Positions 60,108 through 64,000 of a stretch of 64,000 bases of DNA are shown piece after piece. The stretch is from Squalus acanthias. Lineage: Eukaryota. Positions within the stretch are counted from its first letter, which is position 1. Every line of letters begins with the position of its first letter. A program made the translations under genes and the position numbers. A model generated the notes under the pieces. The model made no database searches, was not told where the DNA came from, and saw nothing but the letters and a program-made list of their open reading frames with translations. The DNA is taken from assembly GCA_030390025.1 (NCBI GenBank), contig CM059432.1:145080001-145144000 (forward strand), read 5' to 3'.

Positions 60108-60146
60108 CACAGTGCTCAACAGAGGCAGAAACCCTTGACAAAAACC
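60108..60146 (+). other. Canonical 23-RSS (V8)
   Basis: CACAGTG + 23 nt + ACAAAAACC. Confidence 0.95.
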
Positions 60147-60766
60147 CGGCGCGTTGCTTCGCACCTCTTCACTTACCACACAAGAAAAAACTAGAACCAA
60201 ATAGCGCCTTTAACATAGTAAAACGTCCCAAGGCGCTTCACAGGAGCGATCATCAAACAACATTTGACACCGAGCCAGACTTTAATCAAACTTTTATGTT
60301 TCAAATGTACAACAGAAATTCTGGCAGAGTTTCATATTTGTCCAGGGCTCAAAGGGTTAACATATGAGGACAAGTTGCATAAAAGTTGGCTTGTATTCAC
60401 CTTGAGTTAAGAAGGTTGAGAGGCGACCTAATTTAATCGAGATATTTAACATGATTAAGGGATTGGATAGGGTAGATACAGGGAAACTATTTCCTCTGGT
60501 GGGAGAGTCCAGAACCTTTAAAATTAGAGCCAGGCCGTTCAGGGGGTGATGTCAGGAAGCACTTTTTCACACAAAGGGTCGGGGAAATCTGGAACTCTCT
60601 CCCTCAAAAGGCCGTGGCTGCTGCGGGACATTTGGAGCTTTCAAGACTGAGATTGATAGATTTCTGTTGGGTAAGGGTATCAAGGGATATGGAGCAAAGG
60701 CGAGTAATCAGATTGAACGGCGGAGCAGGCTCGAGGGGCTGAATGGCCTCCTCCTGTTCCTACCAT

Positions 60767-63700
60767 ACACAATCAGGATAGACATAGTAGACAGACAACC
60801 CATAACAGATGAGAACTCCAGGGAAGCCCTTCCCCTCCCCAACCCCGGAGGAAGCCCTTCCCCTCTCTGACCCCGCCCCCCCCCACCTCCGGCCGGGAAG
60901 CTCTTTCCTTCTCTGCCTATTTTTCCCTTTCAGCTGCCAGTTTATATACCTTATTTTGGGGGGTCAGTGGATACCTCACGTCAATCATTTGTTACCCATT
61001 CAATTGTCCAATTACAGGGGAATAAGTACCTATGGCAGATCCCTCCCAGACTCATGAGGTCATTCCTCTGCTTATCTCCTGTTTGGACATCTTGCACTTT
61101 CTCCGAGACAGTTTGTTTATCATAAGGATCCTTACTCGACCGCTTATCAGGCCTAGCTATGGCTGCATGAAGGCCTGTTTCTGCGTTATGCCCTTGTAAA
61201 CAACCTCAGTTCTTTGTGCAACTCCTTATCTGATATGATTGGTTTCTTCTGTGTCATCAGCTTATCCTGACTGCTGAGCTAGGCAAAACCATTTCTTTTA
61301 TAAAACCATTATTTCTTTTACAATTCATAATTTCTTGCCATTCACGATTTCTGACAACACTAATCCAGGTCAAAATTAATTGACACTGGAAATATATGGG
61401 TGAATAAATGAGAATCCCAGCACAATTTGTTAAAGGCAAATTGTGTGTAACTAACTTGATTGAGTTCCTTGATGAAGTAACACAGAGGGTTGACCAGGGT
61501 AGTGCGGTTGATGTTGTATATATGGGCTTTCAAAAGGCGTTTGATAAAGTACCATATAATAGATTTGTTAGCAAAATTGAAGCCCATGGGATTAAAGGGA
61601 TAGTGACTGCATGGATAAGAAATTGGCTAAGGGACAGAAAGCAGTGGTGAATGAAAACAGAAAATGGTGGAAATACTCAGCAGGTCAGGCAGCATCTGTG
61701 GAGAGAGAAACAGAGTTAACATTTCAGTTCAATGACCATTCATCAGAACTGATGGTGAATGGTTGTTTTTCAGACTGGAGGGAAGTGTGCAGTGGTAGAA
61801 ACATAGAAACATAGAAAAATAGGAGCAGGAGTAGGTCATTTGTGCTTGCTCCGCCATTCAATATTATCATGGCTGATCCTCTATCTCAATACCATATTCC
61901 CGCTCTCTCCCCATACCCCTTGACGCCTTTTGCGTCTAGAAATCTGTCTATCTTCTTCCACAGAATTCCAGAGGTTCACCACCCTCTGAGTGAAGAAATT
62001 TCTCCTCATCTCAGTCCTAAATGTCCTACCTCATATCCTGAGATTGTGACCCCTCGTTCTGGAGCCCCCAGCCAGGGGAAAGATCCTCCCTGCATCCAGT
62101 CTGTCTAGCCCTGTCAGAATGTTATACGTTTCAATGAGATCCCCTCTCATTCTTCTAAACTCTAGTGAATACAGGCCTATTCGACCCAATCCCTCCTCAT
62201 ACTACAGTCCTGCCATCCCAGGAATCAGTCTGGTGAACCTTCGCTGCACTCCCTCTACGCAAGTATATCCTTTCTTAGGTAAGGAGACCAAAACTGCACG
62301 CAGTACTCCAGGTGTGGTCTCACCAAGGCCCTGTATAACTGTAGTAAGGCATTCTTGCTCCTGTACTCAAATCTTCTTGCAATGAAGGCCAACATACCAT
62401 TTGCCTTCCTAACTGCTTGCTGCACCTGCATGTTTGCTTTCAGTGACTGGTGTACAAGGACACTCAGGTCCCTTTGTACATCAACATTTCCCAATCTATC
62501 ACCATTTAAATAATACTCTGCCTTTCTGTTTTTCCTACCGAAGTGGATAACTTCACATTTATCCACGTTATACTGCATCTGCCATTTATTTGCCCACTCA
62601 CTCAACTTGTCTAAATCGCCTTGAAGCCTCTTTGCATCCTCCTCACAACTCACAGTCCCACCTAGTTTTGTGTCATCAGCAAACTTGGAAATATTACATT
62701 TGGTTCCCTCATCCAAATCATTGATTTATATTGTGAATAGCTGAGCCCAAGCACTGATCCCTGCAGTACCCCACTAGTCATCACCTGCCACCCCGAAAAA
62801 GACCCATTTATTCCTGCTCTCTGTTTCCTGTCTGTTATCCAATTTTCAATCCATTCCAGTATATTACCCCCAATCCCATGTGCTTTAATTTTGCACACTA
62901 CCCTCTTATGTGGGACTTTATCAAAGGCCTTCTGAAAATCCAAATACACCACATCCACTGGTTCTCCCTTATCTATTGTACCAGTTACATCCTCAAAAAA
63001 CTCCAGTAGGTTTGTCAAACACGATTTCCCTTTCATAAATCCATGTTGAATTTGTCTAATCCCGTTGATATTTTCTAAGTGTCCTGTTATCACATCCTTT
63101 ATAATAGAGTCTAGCATTTTCCCTACTATGATGTTAGGCTAACCGGTCTGTAGTTCCCTGTTTTCTCTCTCCCTTCTTTTTTAAATAGTGAGGTTACATT
63201 TGCCACCCTCCAATCTGCAGGAACTGTTCCATAATCTATAGAATTTTGGAAGATGACAACCAATGCATCCACTATTTCCATGGCTACCTTTTTTAGTACT
63301 CTGGGATGCAGATTATCAGTGCCTAGGGATTTATCGGCTTTCAGTCCCATTAATTTCTCCAGCACTATTTTTTTACTAATACTAATTTCCTTTAATTCCT
63401 CCTTCTCACTAGACCCTTGGTTCCTTAGCATTTCTGGAAAGTTATTTGTGTCCTCTTCCGTGAAGACAGAACCAAAGTATTTGTTTAATTGCTCAGCCAT
63501 TTCCTTGTTCCCCATTATAAATTCTCCCGTTTCTGACTGTAAGGGACCTGCATTTGTCTTCAGTAATGTTTTTCTTTTTACCTAATTGTAGAAGCTTTTA
63601 CAGTCCGCTTTTATGTTCTTTGCAAGTTACCTCTCATACCCGATTTTTCCCCTCTTAATCAATCCCTTGGTCCTTTATTGCTGAACTCTAAACTGCTCCC

Positions 63701-64000
63701 AATCCTCAGGCCTGCTACTTTTCTGGTAACTTGATATGACTCCTCTTTGGATCTAATTCTATCCTTAATTTATTTTGTTAGCCATGGTTGGGCCAATTTT
63801 CCTTTTGTGTTTTTGCGCCAGAAAGGAATGTATAACTGTTGCAATACATGCATTCATTCCTTAAATGTTAGCCATTGTCTATCCACCATCATGCCTTTTA
63901 ATGAAGCTCCACAATCTATCATAGCCAACTCCCTCCTCATACCTTCGTAGTTTCCTTTGTTTAGATTTAGGACCCTAGTTTCGGATTGGATTACGTCACT
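60767..64000 (+). repeat. Tandem unit 7 (partial; near copy of unit 4)
   Basis: ORFs of 38520-41804 recur at an offset of ~+22147 with the same diagnostic deletions. Confidence 0.9.

Larger units (their letters stand above)
52926..60766 (+). repeat. Tandem unit 6
   Basis: Same architecture; private MITE at 55796. Confidence 0.9.

Overview
Eukaryotic genomic DNA, most likely from a cartilaginous fish (shark-type CR1 LINEs, an HE1/V-SINE-like element, Penelope-type remnants). It is part of a T-cell receptor V-segment cluster, most likely TCR-gamma (IHWY...YYCAxW motifs, 3' 23-spacer RSS). There are 8 V segments, all on the + strand: one pseudogene (2.2 kb; lost the YYC region and has a 15-nt RSS spacer), one intact divergent V (7.0 kb) and six intact near-identical paralogues (25.7, 31.6, 37.5, 44.4, 51.5, 59.7 kb). 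The six lie in a young tandem array of ~6-13 kb units built largely from nested transposons. A seventh unit runs off the window end. No D, J or C segments were recognised. Highlights: (i) a full-length Gypsy LTR element with one 1318-aa ORF, no tRNA PBS, and an 11-nt PBS complementary to its own LTR (candidate self-priming); (ii) paralogue differences concentrated in CDR1, CDR2 and the HV4 loop, with charge reversal and a mosaic, conversion-like pattern; (iii) a recoverable founding duplication breakpoint and a higher-order repeat; (iv) Penelope-type minimal hammerhead ribozyme motifs; (v) Harbinger-like MITEs with compensatory hairpins. All alignments were done by eye; TE family names are from recognition, not database searches.
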